A stretch of 63,452 bases of DNA, the filler included, from Sluysia triapertura (Eukaryota), in the NCBI GenBank assembly GCA_046118255.1. It is 5 parts of 5 records of this genome, joined end to end, with 100 filler letters (N's around TTAATTAATTAA, not from the genome) between each part and the next. Parts side by side here need not be neighbours in the genome. Positions count along the whole stretch, not along the records: positions 1 to 11,285 come from JBJNIA010186369.1; positions 11,386 to 24,642 come from JBJNIA010049450.1; 3 more parts are not named here. One strand, written 5' to 3'. Positions 1-14,287 of this stretch are shown here, in pieces. The notes beneath the pieces were generated by a model that did no database searches, had not been told where the DNA came from, and worked only from the letters and a program-made list of their open reading frames with translations. The number at the start of each line of letters is the position of its first letter. The stretch's first letter is position 1. The position numbers and the translations under genes are program-made.

Positions 1-7
1 TTTTTAC

Positions 8-72
<65 letters not shown>
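1..72. repeat. (TTA)n microsatellite
   Basis: Near-perfect TTA run. Similar tracts at ~8260-8510, 15880-15940, 21520-21560, 24600-24642, 36724-36771 and 51410-51452. Confidence 0.95.
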
Positions 73-76
<4 letters not shown>

Positions 77-1376
77 ATGAAATTAGTAGAGATCTTTCTG
101 ATACACATACAGTGGATTCATCAGGATCGTTTTATGAACAAATATAATTGTATTTTATTCTATCTGAAAATTTTACTTAGGAAAAAGTATTCAATAGTCT
201 TCCATTTATAATTAATGCACCACCAATGAGTGCTGAAGAACCGTGGCGTGCAGTAAAGTTATCTACAGTATATGAACATAATTTAGCATCATCGCTAAAA
301 CCACATTTTGTAAATACTAGTGTTCAATGTCACCTAATATCCAGAGTTATAGATCGATATATAAAACTTATTATTTATAATCGTTTGATTAATACTGGAA
401 ATCTGATATCTACATAATGTACTAAAGCAATTACCAGTGGTTGTACTATTAAGAATATTAAAATTAATGCACATTGTTGTAATGATACTTTTTATCCACA
501 TCAAAATATGAATGAAAATTATAGATATTATGCATATTGAAAATACTGTTATTGAGTTAGAAGCTAATGAAGTCTAGGCTTCTTGGAAACAATTAAAAAA
601 GTTATTGATGGTAATGGTACTCATTATTTTATAACATGTTTATCAGGAGATAAAGACCACAAAATATATCACAAGTTTGACTGCCTATTTAATAACTTTA
701 AAGTTGTTGCTTCATATATAAATAATGAGTGGAATGTTAGTGAGATATGTGTTTATACATTTTGCTGTGTTTTATAATAAAATGAAAAATTTTATGTTTG
801 CATTGACGCATTTTATTAGTACTTTTTTTTAGTACTACCTTAATTATCTTATTATCTTATTTAATTTAATTTAAATGTCAATAAGAATAATAAAAACATG
901 TCTTTTCGAAGATTTTGTCACTAATTTTATGTTAAATTAGAAGTAGATTTTAACTTATATAAGTAATGACTTTTATTATTAGTCTTAAGTTAGTACAATT
1001 AAAAATGATTTTAAAACTGTATAATAATCAATATGTAAGTTAGCTTAATATACAATAGTATAATATTGCATAATATATACAATAGTAATTTAAATAAAAA
1101 GACAGTTTATTATATTAGGACTTTTCTTAATAATTTCTTTCTTCAAATTTTAAAAAATTTGTTATTTCTAACTTAACGTTAGCCGAAAAATGAGATGAAA
1201 TTTACCTAATCTCATTTAAGTACCTTACTTTAAGTAATGTGAAAATCTTACATAATAAAAACGTAAAACAAATTTCGATCCTCCCAGATTTACCTACCGA
1301 CGACCAAAATTTGTGAACTGAAGCACTTAATTCACTTGAAAATATTGTATCTCGCAATGCTTGTAAAATTGCACAA

Positions 1377-3224
1377 ATGCCAATGAAATCAAGTTCAAAT
1401 GGTTATTTAATATGTCAGTCACATTGTTTGATATGCCAGTTTAAAGGATCAGTATGTTATTTATGTCTCATTGGATTGCATTCTGAAACTAAAACTGCAT
1501 TAGTACCTAAAAATATCATCGCTGGAGTAACACATAGCGTAAAAATTGAGATGTTTGTGATGATCCGTTATCGCGAAAAAAATGAGTATCCACAATGAAT
1601 CTCACGTTCCGAAACAAAAATTGAATTGCATTTATATTCTTTGACATTGGATTCATTCAAAGCGATATTATGCGTTTCAATTCTTGTCCGATTTATTTGT
1701 ATTCGCTCCCATAGTTCGGATTCCTATTTACGCTAATTCTTTGCCTAATGACTTTCTCCGTAAAAGTGTGCAGGGCTCAAAAATGTTTAGTGACACCCCT
1801 AAAATTTAAAACTCATTGAAATCAATGGGTGCCAATAGAAAAATTGCTTAAACAAATAATATATTTGTGAATAATTTAGATTTCAATTCACGTACATTAG
1901 TTTTAACAATACCGTCGTATTTCGATCAAAATCAACGTCGCATTATGGGTTCCATTTGTGAAGCAGCCAATATAACTTTACTTAAACTGATTGAACCGTC
2001 GAGAATAGCTTTTCATTCGATTGGTTCACGTTACTTGTTACCGAAAAAGTCAACTGGTATTTATGGAATAGTGTATGGAAATGTCATTTGCAGATTTTCA
2101 AAATATTCGACTTTCGTATAAAGGTGGCTCATATGATGCAATGACTGCCAAAATTTTAACGACAAAATATATGAAAAATCGCGGTTTACTTTCATTGAAA
2201 CGTGAAATAATCCAACATTTCCTATCTGTGCATCCTTTTGATAAATTGAAACTTTACCTCTATCGTCACAAAGATAAAGAAACGCAAGAGTGGCATCAAT
2301 CTTATCAACAATATCAAGTTTTGGGAATGTTTTATAAAGCAATATATGAATTATTGGAAAACTTAAGGTTTAATCGAGCAACAACTCAGATGTACTATGA
2401 TAACAAATATCATACATTATCTTTACGAAATAACGTTCTCAATCAACTGCTAAATAAGTCTTTTATTCCTGAACTAATTTATTTGATAAAAATTACTTTG
2501 AAAAGCATGAAGTTTTGGATTATTCCTAAAACAATATTTCTAATATCCACAGAATTTCAATTACCTTTTGTTACAGAAACAATCCGTAACAATTTACCTA
2601 GGTATGTTTTAATACTGTAAGGATAATTTGAAATAATTTGAAATCATATTAATCATATCAATAAGAAAACATATTAATAACCTTAGCATAAAATTTTAAG
2701 TAAAATAAAACTTAATAATTTTAAAAGAATATTTTCGGAGCTTTAGAAGATACATTTTAAGTAATCATGAAGTAAACAAAAGAAAATATAAATAAAATGT
2801 AAGAAACATGGGTTGCAAGTTGCCGTGTCTTAATTGACAAATTGAGAAGAATGTCAATATGCTACCGGAAGAACGTAATCAGTGATTTTGATAATACGAA
2901 TTCTAAAAAATACACAACTACTATGTGAGTATGTATGAATAAATAAAAAAATTATAATGGGGCCAAACAGGTATTATACGAGAAACTTAATATATAGGTG
3001 GAATTTTCCACATCACGATAATTATTATATTGAAATAATTTGGAAAATTTTAACCGTATAAAGAAATTAGGTGTATAATAGACTTCAAGCATAAGGAGAA
3101 ATTTTCTCTAGAAAAATTATATAATAGAATTGAAGAATTAAGTGGTCATGGTATAATATTGCTAGAAAACAGTATAAAAATCAAGATTGATAGTAATGGT
3201 AATATAAAAGTAAGAGTAATATAA
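1377..3224 (+). pseudogene. Highly divergent, disrupted Hsp70-like gene with an upstream Cys/His-rich (B-box-like) segment
   Basis: Hsp70 motifs appear in the correct order across frames: IAFIFFDIGFIQS (~1627; cf. GIDLGTTYS), LVLTIPSYFDQNQRRIMGSICEAANITLLKLIEPS (cf. [34 protein letters not shown]), IFLISTEFQLPFVTETI (cf. IVLVGGSTRIPKIQKLL), ELSGHG..IKIKIDSNGNIKVRV ending at 3224 (cf. ELSGIP..IEVTFDIDANGILNV). Frameshifts and stops lie between them. Upstream ORF 1377-1598 has CQSHCLICQFKGSVCYLCLIGLH. Confidence 0.7.
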
Positions 3225-6200
3225 CCATAATAGTTATAATTGTACCGTAGTCTAGAATAAATAATTTTCGGAATACTTTAACATATATTACAAGTACGCA
3301 TGATATTTAAGGTAAAGTAAAAAACATCAATATTTGTACTATAATAATAATATTATTATTGTTGTTATTACTATATATTATAGTTATGATAAAAATAAAA
3401 TGAAAATAAAAATAACTATGATAAATATTTAGATTTACAATAATAAAAAAATAGTCAAATTAATAATAATTACAATGTCAAACATATTTAAATATAATTT
3501 ATATTCCTTTAGTTATAAAATATCAATCCATTGGGCTCAATTAATTTCTTAACTTCGACATTCACATTGTTAATATTGTATTTATTATTTTTACTATAAT
3601 ACTAATATGATAATACTTACTGACAACAATAATAATATTTATATTTATTTTATAATCATTGTTTATTTCAAAATAAATTGAAGTAAATTTCAAATTAAAC
3701 AAATGCAGCAATGTTTAATTATATATTATTTAGAATAAATATTTTCAAGAAATCAGGTTTATATATTAATCAAAACAATGTTTACCAGGGCTTCAAATCA
3801 CATTCAAATAGAAATATTCTTGTATCTTTATTACAAGTATCATTTGCAAAGAACGTGTTAAAATTTAGTTTTTATACGTCAGTCATTCTGTAGCATAAGT
3901 TTTGAAAATGCATTTGAAAAACAGTGAATGAAAACTAAAAATTTCTTAACATGCACACTAAAACCGTTACTTAATGCCTAATATTAATAAAATGACTCCA
4001 TTTTAATAAATTTAAATTTCTAAAATTATTATTAACTTTCAACAAATTTTCAGGCATAAATTTTTATATAATTTTAATGAAATTGAAACCATTACTTGGT
4101 CAAGTGCTCTTATGGCTGCTATTTATGCACCAGGACTTTATCATAAATCGATAATCTTGCATGAATCTCCTATTAGTTCTATTATGGTTAGTAATATTTT
4201 CCATATAATAATTATGATTTATTTTTAAGATTTATTTATAGCAGTTAGGTATTCTATTGTATCATGTTTTGTAAAAAAAACTCGGATACGAATTAATGAA
4301 GCAGTTCTGATTTTACCAAAATCGTCATAAAAAGATAAAACATATTTTAAGTTATTAAATTCGTCTGACAAATGTATTTTGGATGCGGAATTAGATAATT
4401 TGGTCAATTCATTTATGAAAATCAAAAGTATGAAAATATACCAAAACCTAGTACATTTCAGCTGTATCACATGTATTTTTAAATGAAGATAAAATTTATA
4501 AATTCAAATTATGCGCTAAAAAATTGTCACCTCAATTTCATGTGCTCTTTTATTAAAAATGTTTAAAGGAGAAAGTAAATAAATTCAACATGCTAAATGT
4601 AATTCCAAAACAACCTTAAATAAATTTTAATTAAATGCACATCAATCAACTAATCAAATCATTCAAAACTTGTGTCCGCTAAACTACTGGGGAGGGTGGT
4701 TTAGTACGGACATATATATCGGCTAACATAACTCCAGCGCGAATGCTTAAGAAATAATTAAGAAACTTACATTTTTTTCTATCATCACGCATAGTATTAT
4801 TTTAAAATATTTAATAACAAATTTTTTGGGTAAGTTTTTATTTAATATTTTATTTTAATATTTTTATTTAATATTTAATTAATATTTTAATATTTTTCAA
4901 TATTTCGTATGATTTTTAAATCATTGCAATTAGTATTTCTTAAATTAGAATTAATAATACTGTAAAAATTTTGTTGAATCTTATAAGTTGTAAATATTTG
5001 AATATACTCAAGCGAAATTTATAAATCAGTTAATAGTTGTCTTATAATAAATTTTATGACTTAAACTTTAGAGTTTTCTTCTAAGAAGTTCAAATCAAGA
5101 TTCAAGAATCTAAATTATTATTAACTTCTTTAATAATATCTGTATTCTATATTAATATATTAACTGAAAGTACTTTATCTGAAGGTACGATTTATTATTA
5201 ATGTAAGGTTCTTCTACTAACTTATTCTACAAATTATACCTATATTCTAGACGTTAAACATATCTTATCTGGAAGCGTGAATTCGAATACTCGTCTCAGT
5301 TATTTGAGATATTATGTTTTATAAACTTGTTACGTTAGTGCTTAAGAAACCTTTATTTTTCTTTAGATTTATTTCCTATAATATAATATTTTCATTTATT
5401 ACTTTATTTCCCACCATTTTGATAAACAATTTAGAATTTAAATTTATGCAAAATTATGTGATGTTCAGAAATATTTTAGTCGTGATTTAAATAAATAAGG
5501 AATTTGTACAATATTGATGAATTCATTAATTACAATAATTGTACAATAACTATACTTTTATAATTTATCAATTACAATTAGTTTAAATAATTTAGTTTAC
5601 AAATTCAGACTAAAATCAAAGTTACTATTAACCCTAATAGATCAATTGTAAATTGTAAATAATAAGTCTTCAGTAAGGTTTTTCCACGTATAATTCTTTA
5701 ATAAAATTTCTTCAAGTAAACATTTATAAATAATAATTCTTAAGCAAATCTTCTCCGTATAAAATTCTTTAATAACATTTTCACTACTATAATTCTTTTT
5801 TGTGTGTCACTGTAGTAAGAACCACACTATTAATACTGTTAGGATTATAGACCAATAATATTTTAATATCGTAATTAATTTTAATTTTAATTAAATTTAT
5901 TTTGAAAATGAAAATAAATAATTTTAAATTTATTAAAATTAAAAATGAATTTAAAAGTGGAAATTTGAAAATAAAAATTTTGAAAAAATTTGAAAATTTA
6001 ATTAAAGTCAAAATGAATTAAATTTGAAAATGAAAATTTGATAAAAAATGAATAAGAATTTAAAAATTTAATTTAAAGTGAAAATGAGATAATTTACTGT
6101 GAAAATGAATATTATTACAATACATAATGACATTTATTACCTACTGTGTCATTACATGACAAATTGAGTTATATATATTAATTTCTTATGCATCATCTTA

Positions 6201-7714
6201 ATTTTGCAAGTAAGTTTTTTTATATATAACACTTTCTATATCTAACCGGTACTATTTGGGAAAAATATCACAATATTTAGTAATAATTGTCTACAATATT
6301 TATATTTAATATATTTATAAAAATTACAATTATGAATTATTAATTCTAGGTACAATTTCAAAAAGGTGATAGTACTTTTCGAAAGTTCATCAAAGTTACT
6401 CCCAACCATACATCAGTAGTTACTTTTATTAATATTCATTCATTTGAATGGAATTTTTCTGTGTACTATCTTTCAACGGCAACTTCAGTGTTAGTAATCT
6501 TTATAAATTTTAATTGAATAAAGTATTGTGCGAATGATCTTTAAATTTTAACAATGCTCACTTTTTTAAATAATGTTCATGACTAATGCTCATGAACATA
6601 AAATAGAAAATAAAAACCCAAAATACTAAATATTCTCATATAAGTAAATATTATGTTGCTTAGAGAAGCGTAATAACTCTACTCAACAATAAAACAATTT
6701 CTTACTTCTTTCTTACAGGTTATACATTTATCTAGCACTTCATAAGTGTATTTTACTAGAAATGTTTTCAGTAGAGCTTTAAATAACCTAATAATAACAA
6801 TAATATTATTATTGTAACATAATATTCATAATATTTCCATTTAATCATAATATTTTCATTTAATATTTTATTCATAACATTAAAATAATAATATTTCATT
6901 TAAAATAAAATCATTTTTAAAATTTGAATTAAATTAAATGGAGACTATTATTATTACTATTATTCTACCATTATTACTATTATTATTTGTACTATTACTA
7001 CTACTATTATTATTATTTCATTGTAATAATTAATTATCCAAAATAAAATAGAATAGTAATTATATCATTGCTGTTATTGTTATTACTATTATAGTTTATT
7101 GGTTTACATGAAATTATATATAATAAAATTTGTATGTAATGAAATTTACTATGTTGTAATTTATAAGTAATAAAATTAATACTATTATAGTTTATATGCT
7201 TTTGAAATTATATATAATGGAATTATTACTACTATTCATGTGCAATGAAATTAAATTTACTATGTTGCAGTACATGCTTTTATTATATTAATACTGATTA
7301 TTGAAACTGTTGGATTAAAAAAGTATAAAAGGAGCGACGAGAATCTAAGAAAAACAATCATAGTTTATACGTACTGAAATATATTAATACTACGACCATA
7401 AAGAAGGAGCAAGGAGAATAATCATAGTTTATATATACTGAAATATATCTTAATACTGCGACAATAAAGAAGACAACTGTAGTATTGGAAAAGTTAAACA
7501 GTTCTGTTGAAAATTATTATATTAACTTTGACTAATTTAGTAAGTGGTTATTTATTGTTTTATTTTATTTTGGTCTTTATAAATTTTTGTTTAATTTCAA
7601 TAAAAAATACGTACATTTTAAATAAAAATAAATAAATAATTTGTTATTCTTGTTTTATTTTAAAGCTAGTTGTTAAAGTCAATTGAGGGTGGTACCACTG
7701 AGAAAACGACTTTG

Positions 7715-8040
7715 TAAAATACTATAATTGAATATTGATTAAGGCATAACTAATACTAATAAATTATTAAGCACTTCTATCCTGAACAGCAAGGACGAGT
7801 ATACTGATTATACCTCCAGTTAAGTTTAATATAAAGTGATAATATTAATTGAAGTTCAGAATAACTATAAATTCTATAAAGAGATTTGAATTAATAATAT
7901 AGAGCAAGGATTTTTTTAGAGTATAAAATAGTGTCCAGACATAGTTAAATTTGATAAAATAAAATTAAAGAGACAACGCATAAGATTTCAAAGAATTAGA
8001 AAAAGTCAAGACAAATTTTTACATTAACATATACATAACA
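7715..8040 (+). repeat. Dispersed repeat, copy 1 (copy 2 at ~24745-25070); possibly the 5' internal region of an LTR element
   Basis: gcacttctatcctgaacagcaaggacgagtatactga...aagtttaatataaagtgat...gacaaattttacattaacatatac aligns with 24800-25066. Confidence 0.8.
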
Positions 8041-8475
8041 AACAATAAAAAAATTATTACAATTCAATTTGAGATTGCTACTATATTTTCTACAGGAATA
8101 ACAACCAGTCTGTATCATCTTCATTACATCATATTAAATTAAAACATATTTGTTCGGTAGTATATAAAACTACTACATCTTAGGAATACTCTATAGTCTC
8201 TTATTTATTTTATTTTCTTTCGTAAACAATAATAATACACTCTTCCGGTTATTTATTATTATATAATAATATAATAATAATAATGATAATAATAGTAATA
8301 ATAATAATGATAATTATAATAATAGTAATAATAATAATAATAATAATAATCCTTTATGATAATTACTATAATTAAATATCAAGAATTAAAAATAAAAGTA
8401 ATAATAATAATAAAAACAGTAACAGTAAAAATTATAATTATCATTCTTATAAAAATAAGCATAATAATAATAGTG

Positions 8476-8511
<36 letters not shown>

Positions 8512-8801
8512 GTGTTAGCACTTTTTACATATAATCACTACTATTTTCACTATCATCATTGTCATCAGAAGTATCATCGTTACCAAATATACTTTTGCGT
8601 TTTTAAGGTAGTTAATTAATTAAATTATAAAAATTATGAAGATATCATGTTCGACATTGGTTTAATCTTTCAAAAGCTGATGATGAGAATGAATCGTGAC
8701 AGTACGAAATTTTAGATATATTTCGTGATGAGATTTTAAATTCTGTTGAATGTTAACCGTGGGACGATAAAAAAATAATATTAGAAATCGTCATACGATA
8801 T

Positions 8802-8955
8802 TGTTGGGATATAGTCATAAGGTGCCATTTGGTATAATTGAATATAATAATCTAAATTGTTAGACGGGGCTGATAGCACAGTGCTAGAGCATCGAATTGC
8901 GCCGCTAGAAGTCCCGGGTTTGATCACCGGTCAATCTATTTTACGAAGTCTAACA
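8802..8955 (+). mobile_element. Short TGTT...AACA (solo-LTR-like) element carrying a tRNA-like sequence, copy 1
   Basis: Starts TGTTGGG, ends GTCTAACA, flanked on both sides by ATAT. tRNA-like unit at 8867-8938 followed by TTTT. Homologous to 11434-11578 and 45526-45680. Confidence 0.8.
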
Positions 8956-9059
8956 ATATCATATGAAACAAATTATTAAAACTAGGCAACGTTGTAGCTT
9001 TGTAGATTTGTCATAACAATATTATTAATTTAATAAATATTTTACAATCATAATTATAA

Positions 9060-9365
9060 TCATAATAACTGTAATAACAAACTATCTGTAATTGGATCCA
9101 TAAGTGGTTCATGTAATTCTGAAATATTTGCATCAGTAACATCAAGTCGTCTATGAGTTGGAGATGGATGCAAAGGACCTATAGAATGAGGCCAAAATGG
9201 ACCATGTTTATCTCGAATAATACCATATTTATCACGATACTGTCCTCCAGCCAATAGTTCTAGCTTACTTCCATCAGGTAATCGTCCTAAACGAATTGCC
9301 TCTTTGAAACCATCTTTAGTAAAACAACTAAACAGTACTTCTTTTTCACGAGCAGTCAGTGACCC
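9060..9365 (-). CDS. Probable internal exon of a conserved protein (possibly the N-terminal extension of a cytosolic carboxypeptidase 2/3-like protein; tentative)
   Basis: Open frame with higher GC and a protein-like composition: LELLAGGQYRDKYGIIRDKHGPFWPHSIGPLHPSP. A tag acceptor lies near 9366. The family guess is from memory only. Confidence 0.45.
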   Translation of the reverse strand, partial: GSLTAREKEVLFSCFTKDGFKEAIRLGRLPDGSKLELLAGGQYRDKYGIIRDKHGPFWPHSIGPLHPSPTHRRLDVTDANISELHEPLMDPITDSLLLQLL

Positions 9366-9479
9366 TATGTGTAACAAGGATTTTAAGTTTCATTGCTATA
9401 GTTTAATTTATCATTATTTTGCATTTATACGTAATAATCTACAAATGTATCAACAAAACAAAATAAAAATAATTAAAAC

Positions 9480-10130
9480 ATAAAAAGTAACTATTTTTTG
9501 TTATTATTCGACTTAGGACTGACGGTGTTAAAGTTTTGCAATCAATATACAAATTTACAACAAATACAACACAAATTTTGGAGTCATGCATTTACTAATA
9601 GATGGACATTATCAGCAGTTATTTCAAAATTAAAAATCCAAAAACCGTTTTACAACGAATCCAATATTTTAGAAGTTTTAAATGAATTGAAATTTATGAA
9701 AAATATTAGAAAAATAGCTATGCAATCTGAAGTAAATTTATCAAAACTCCGTAAGAATCTATAATCAACAGAAATCATATTAAAATATTATGAACAGATG
9801 ATACCAAAGGCGTGGGGATTTGGTATTAGTTAAAAAATAACTTTATAAAATAAATCTTATATTAGAATAAATTATGTCTTAATAAATAGTGACTTGACAC
9901 TTGAATGACATCATTTTTCATGTATTGTTTGTATTATTATAAAATGAATTTGATTTTTATTTATTCGACTACAAAATATCCAACATTTATTTGTTTTCTA
10001 GGAGTTGATTTGCAAAATGAAAAATGATGTATTGATGTATATCTATTTCAACATTTGCAACATAGTAAATGTGTGAAAATACGAAGGAAGCATGCGGTAA
10101 GTACTTGCCTTAAGGATATTAATTGTATTT
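9480..10130 (+). mobile_element. Heavily deleted piggyBac-like transposase remnant
   Basis: YEQMIPKAWGF at ~9788-9822 (cf. IDEQMIP...KWGFK) and a Cys-rich tail CENTKEACGKYL at ~10070-10110. Confidence 0.35.
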
Positions 10131-11285
10131 GCGATTTTATTGTTTCGATGCATCTCAACGACTGCATATCGCTTATCTTCTAAAGTAGGGCGTAATGATT
10201 TTTTCTAATTATTGTTTACTTTGTATGGTGAATGTATCTTTGATTAATCTAAGTTAGTAGATAAAGTTTTTTAGCTAACACATGGTTTCGTCCATGTTTT
10301 GATAAGGAAAATGGAAATTGACTTTATTTTTACGATTGGTTTATTTTAGTACTTATGTTTACATGTTAGGTTTATATATATATATAACAGGTAAAGATAA
10401 TATTTTTAAATTTAAACTAATTAGGCGAATACAAACACTAAGAGGAGAATAAATTATTAATAATATGCAGCAATTGCAACCACAAGATAAATAAATAAAA
10501 TATAATAATTTATTAATTCGTTTTCGTATTCAGAACCGTCGTATAAATACCAAATTGAAGTAAATATATCTTCTTTGCCCTTCTTAACACAAAGTAATGC
10601 TACATACATTTTAAACATTCTATAAACAATTGTAAATTTATTTTGTTTATATCAAGTAGATTAATTTCATTGTTTATTTGTACAAATGATGTTTTTGAGA
10701 TGACTAAATTTATTTCACTGAATTTATTTCAATGCTTGTTGAGTAAATAGTTCTATATTTTCTAGATATTACCAAATTTGGTTTTGAAAATATAATAGAT
10801 TTACAAAAAATATTTTATTTTATTTACGATAAATATTCATTTTGCCAATTTCTCTGTCAAATATGGATGATGCCGATTTTTTTACACCAGTCAAATTTGC
10901 GCTTCAGTCATTATATAGAAGAAATAATTTAACAGAAAAAGTAACTCATATTTACACTGAAAATTTTTTTACGTAAGAAAAAATTAAAATAATTTCATAT
11001 CTCATTTCTAATTGGATAATTTCAAGCTAAGAATTAGTGTAATTAAAAATTCATTTTATCACTTTTGGCAACTCATACAAATCAAGTTTTACAAGTACAT
11101 CCTCTACAACGCTCCCGAACACATAAAGTATACATAAATATGTAGGTTTTGTGATTTTATATTATTATTTAGTAATATTTAATAATGGATAATTTAATAT
11201 CATTAAAAATTAGGTTAGTATCAATCAGAGATGAATATTTGAATGATCAATGTATATGTTGTTAGATAATGGTATCCAAATTGTG

Positions 11286-11385
11286 NNNNNNNNNNNNNNN
11301 NNNNNNNNNNNNNNNNNNNNNNNNNNNNNTTAATTAATTAANNNNNNNNNNNNNNNNNNNNNNNNNNNNNNNNNNNNNNNNNNNN
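11286..11385. other. Artificial contig spacer (N44-TTAATTAATTAA-N44)
   Basis: The same 100-bp six-frame-stop linker occurs four times in the window. Confidence 0.97.
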
Positions 11386-11433
11386 TTTATTAATTTTATA
11401 TCAAAATTAAATGAATACGAATCTCAATATATT

Positions 11434-11578
11434 TGTTAGACTTCATAAAATGGACTGACAGGGAATAGAACCCGGGACCTCTCGCTGCACAGTTCGATGC
11501 CCATCTAAGAATTTTATTTTATTATAGTCAATATTACTATCGTAATTCTACATAGCACTTTAGGCCTTTACCCCAACA
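11434..11578 (-). mobile_element. tRNA-carrying TGTT...AACA element, copy 2 (5' part of the tRNA-like unit deleted)
   Basis: tgttagacttcataaaatggactga...ccccaaca, flanked on both sides by TATT. Confidence 0.75.
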
Positions 11579-12680
11579 TATTTATCACAAATAAATACAT
11601 AGTACTCATTTATGAAATAAACTATTAAGATACATTAAATTAAATAATCATTCTGGTTATAAAAAATATTAAAATATAAAAATTATTGAAATATAGAGAT
11701 ATAAAACTAAAGTACCCAATAGTCAAATTATAATCAGAAAAAAAATAAACTGCCGTATCAGCCGGCCTTTGTTTTAGTCACAGTTTAACAATATATCTTG
11801 TATAAAAATGTATCTTACTCAATTACTAAAGAAAGCTTTTAGCATAATATTATTCAAAAAAGTATCGCAAACGTTGTCTTACATCAAAAAGCTTATGTGG
11901 ATTGTAAAATTTAACTATATGCTAATGACATTAGTTAAAATTAATTATATTTCGCTATATGAATAAACGTATTTTGTATTATTTCTTTTTTTAAAACAGG
12001 AATATGTTTCATTTTACCTTATTAATCATGCTGATTTCTCAAATACAAATATTGGACACAAAGTTATTCCGTTAAAAAAATAATAATTTACTTTCATGAC
12101 TTAAAATGATTTACTTGAGGTTTTCTGGTTGATTTAAACATCTTATTTAACTACCGTATAAACGAATGGAATTAGACAGTAGATTTTTGTATACACCAGT
12201 TTAATTTTTTACTTATTATTTTGTTATCACTTTTCATTTAGTAAATACATTCTAGCTTATAATATTTTAAAGCAAACTTAGCAGATGGTTTAAATAAATT
12301 CAGAAATATGTAATTCACATAACTCAAAATTGTACCATTTAATAAGATCATAACTAAACTCATTCATTTTAATGCATTTTTGATACTTAATACAATTGTA
12401 GAATATATATTGGAAAATGTTGAAAAGGTTTGTTCTTAAAACTCTGGCTGACTTGAAAAAAGATGAATGTTTTCTGTATTTTATAATTAGCCTAATGGGT
12501 TGATTAATGTTTCTTGATGCTGTAATTTTTTAAAGGTTTTATGGTGGGTCATTACAAATAAAAATTGATATTAATTATAATGAAATTCGCATAAAATAAG
12601 GATGTATTTAAGGTTTTAGGGAAGTTTAGAAATTGGTTTGTGGTCATTACAATTAAGTTAAGATTTTGAATGAATTAATG

Positions 12681-12890
12681 TGTTAGGTTGTCATAACGAC
12701 CTTCTAAAATCATTCAAAATGCATTAAAATTATTTATAAATGTCTAAAAACACTTTAAAAATGTTTATTTTCTAAAAAAGAAAGTTTGCTTCTATAAATA
12801 GAAAAGAAGCCTCTAGTATGTTCTAGACAGTTTTAGAATATTCCATCGATTTTCATTGGCTTTTGACTAATATATAAACTAGGATCAGTT
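12681..12890 (+). repeat. LTR-like dispersed repeat starting TGTTAGGTTGTCA (inverted copy at ~55450-55634)
   Basis: gcttctataaatagaaaagaagcctct...ttttagaatattccatcgattttcattggctt matches the reverse complement of ~55480-55545. Confidence 0.7.
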
Positions 12891-13149
12891 GAAAATCGAC
12901 ATTTTACAATTGTCAGACATTTTACAATTTTGGGTCATTTTACAATATTCAGCTATTTTAATTAGTCAGCGCCATTTTATAGTTTTAAATTTACTATTCA
13001 ATCTACTCAGTACACCAGCAATTCAATTTCAAGCCGGATCGGCATTTTTTAATTTCCATACAAGGGTAAATAAATTTATTTTAAGAAGATTTTGACTTTT
13101 ATATAAGCCAAAATCATAAAATCCAGGTAAAATTAAAATTAAGTATTAT

Positions 13150-13900
13150 TATTTTAAAGATCCCGATACATTGAGGGAAAATCTCCTACTCAAATTGAAA
13201 TATAAAACAAATCGAAGATGCAAAATGTATTTTGATTTTAAAATCTAAATTTTTCATTTTTTTAATTCCTATTGTTCTTGTGGTGGCCAACCTTTTCATT
13301 CGAAATTTTAATTCAACATTACACATGAAATATCGCATTTCTTAATATTTCACATTTTAATTCTACAGATTCATTAAAATTTTAGATACTTTAAAACATT
13401 TTAAATTCACAGATTCATAACATTAAAATCCTAATCAACATCGAAAATTATCAAATGTAAATTTCACGTCAATTCAAAATATCTCAAGTTCACAATTTGA
13501 TAACATAAAAATCATTAAACCTATAATTCAAAATTATCTTAATACTCTAAAACTCTTTATTCTTTATCAATAAAATCATATATAACATCAAAAATGTGGT
13601 GGCCAACATGTAACCTTAATAATTTTATTAAAATTTAATTCAATACAATTAAAAACATCTGTAAAATCAAATAAACACATAACCTCATAACATCCAAACC
13701 ACAATATCATCTTAAACCATTAAATTACATTAAAAATCCATCTAAAGTATTTTGTCTTTTATCTCAAAACAATTCAATTACAATCACATTTGAAACTAAT
13801 CAATAAATATCGCCAGAGAAAATCAAACATTATAAATTCATGATCTTGTACTAGTAAATCCGAACATTCAAACATCACCTTCACTCAAAAACATTAATCA
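13150..13900 (+). mobile_element. Degraded Ty3/gypsy pol remnant (RNase H-integrase region)
   Basis: KMWWPTC (cf. the integrase zinc-domain WWP motif) followed by HLKPLNYIKNP (cf. LQPLPIPERPW). Many stops. Confidence 0.45.
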
Positions 13901-14287
13901 GCATCCAAAAGTCATTGTAAATATTTATACTTCAATACACCTTCAGCTTGAAACATGACTTTCTTTCAAAACACCAAACATACATTTAAAAACTAATTTA
14001 AAACAGCATTTAAGATGTATATTACAAAGCCTCAACACCACAAGTTCATTCGCTTCTACAATTTAAATATGCTAAGAAATATAAAGATATTCAATTTTTA
14101 TTAGAGCTAATATGTTAAGAAAGTGAAGAATATATAAGAAAGTTTGTGTTTTAGTAAAAGAAAAAGAAAATTATGCAATTTTTTAATAATAATAATAATA
14201 ACATCGTATTGTTATCATTATTATCATTTTATTATTATTATATTAATCAATTTTGATTACATTAATGATTAACTAACTGGTAATCGC

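Noticed and set aside
8356-8619. Ile/Leu-rich ORFs (also 5787-6011, 15797-15985, 24475-24690, 47676-47984)
   Set aside because: Translations of TAA/TTA microsatellites or AT-rich low-complexity DNA.
11330-11341. TTAATTAATTAA palindrome as a biological site
   Set aside because: Always centred in N runs of identical length; a six-frame-stop linker.
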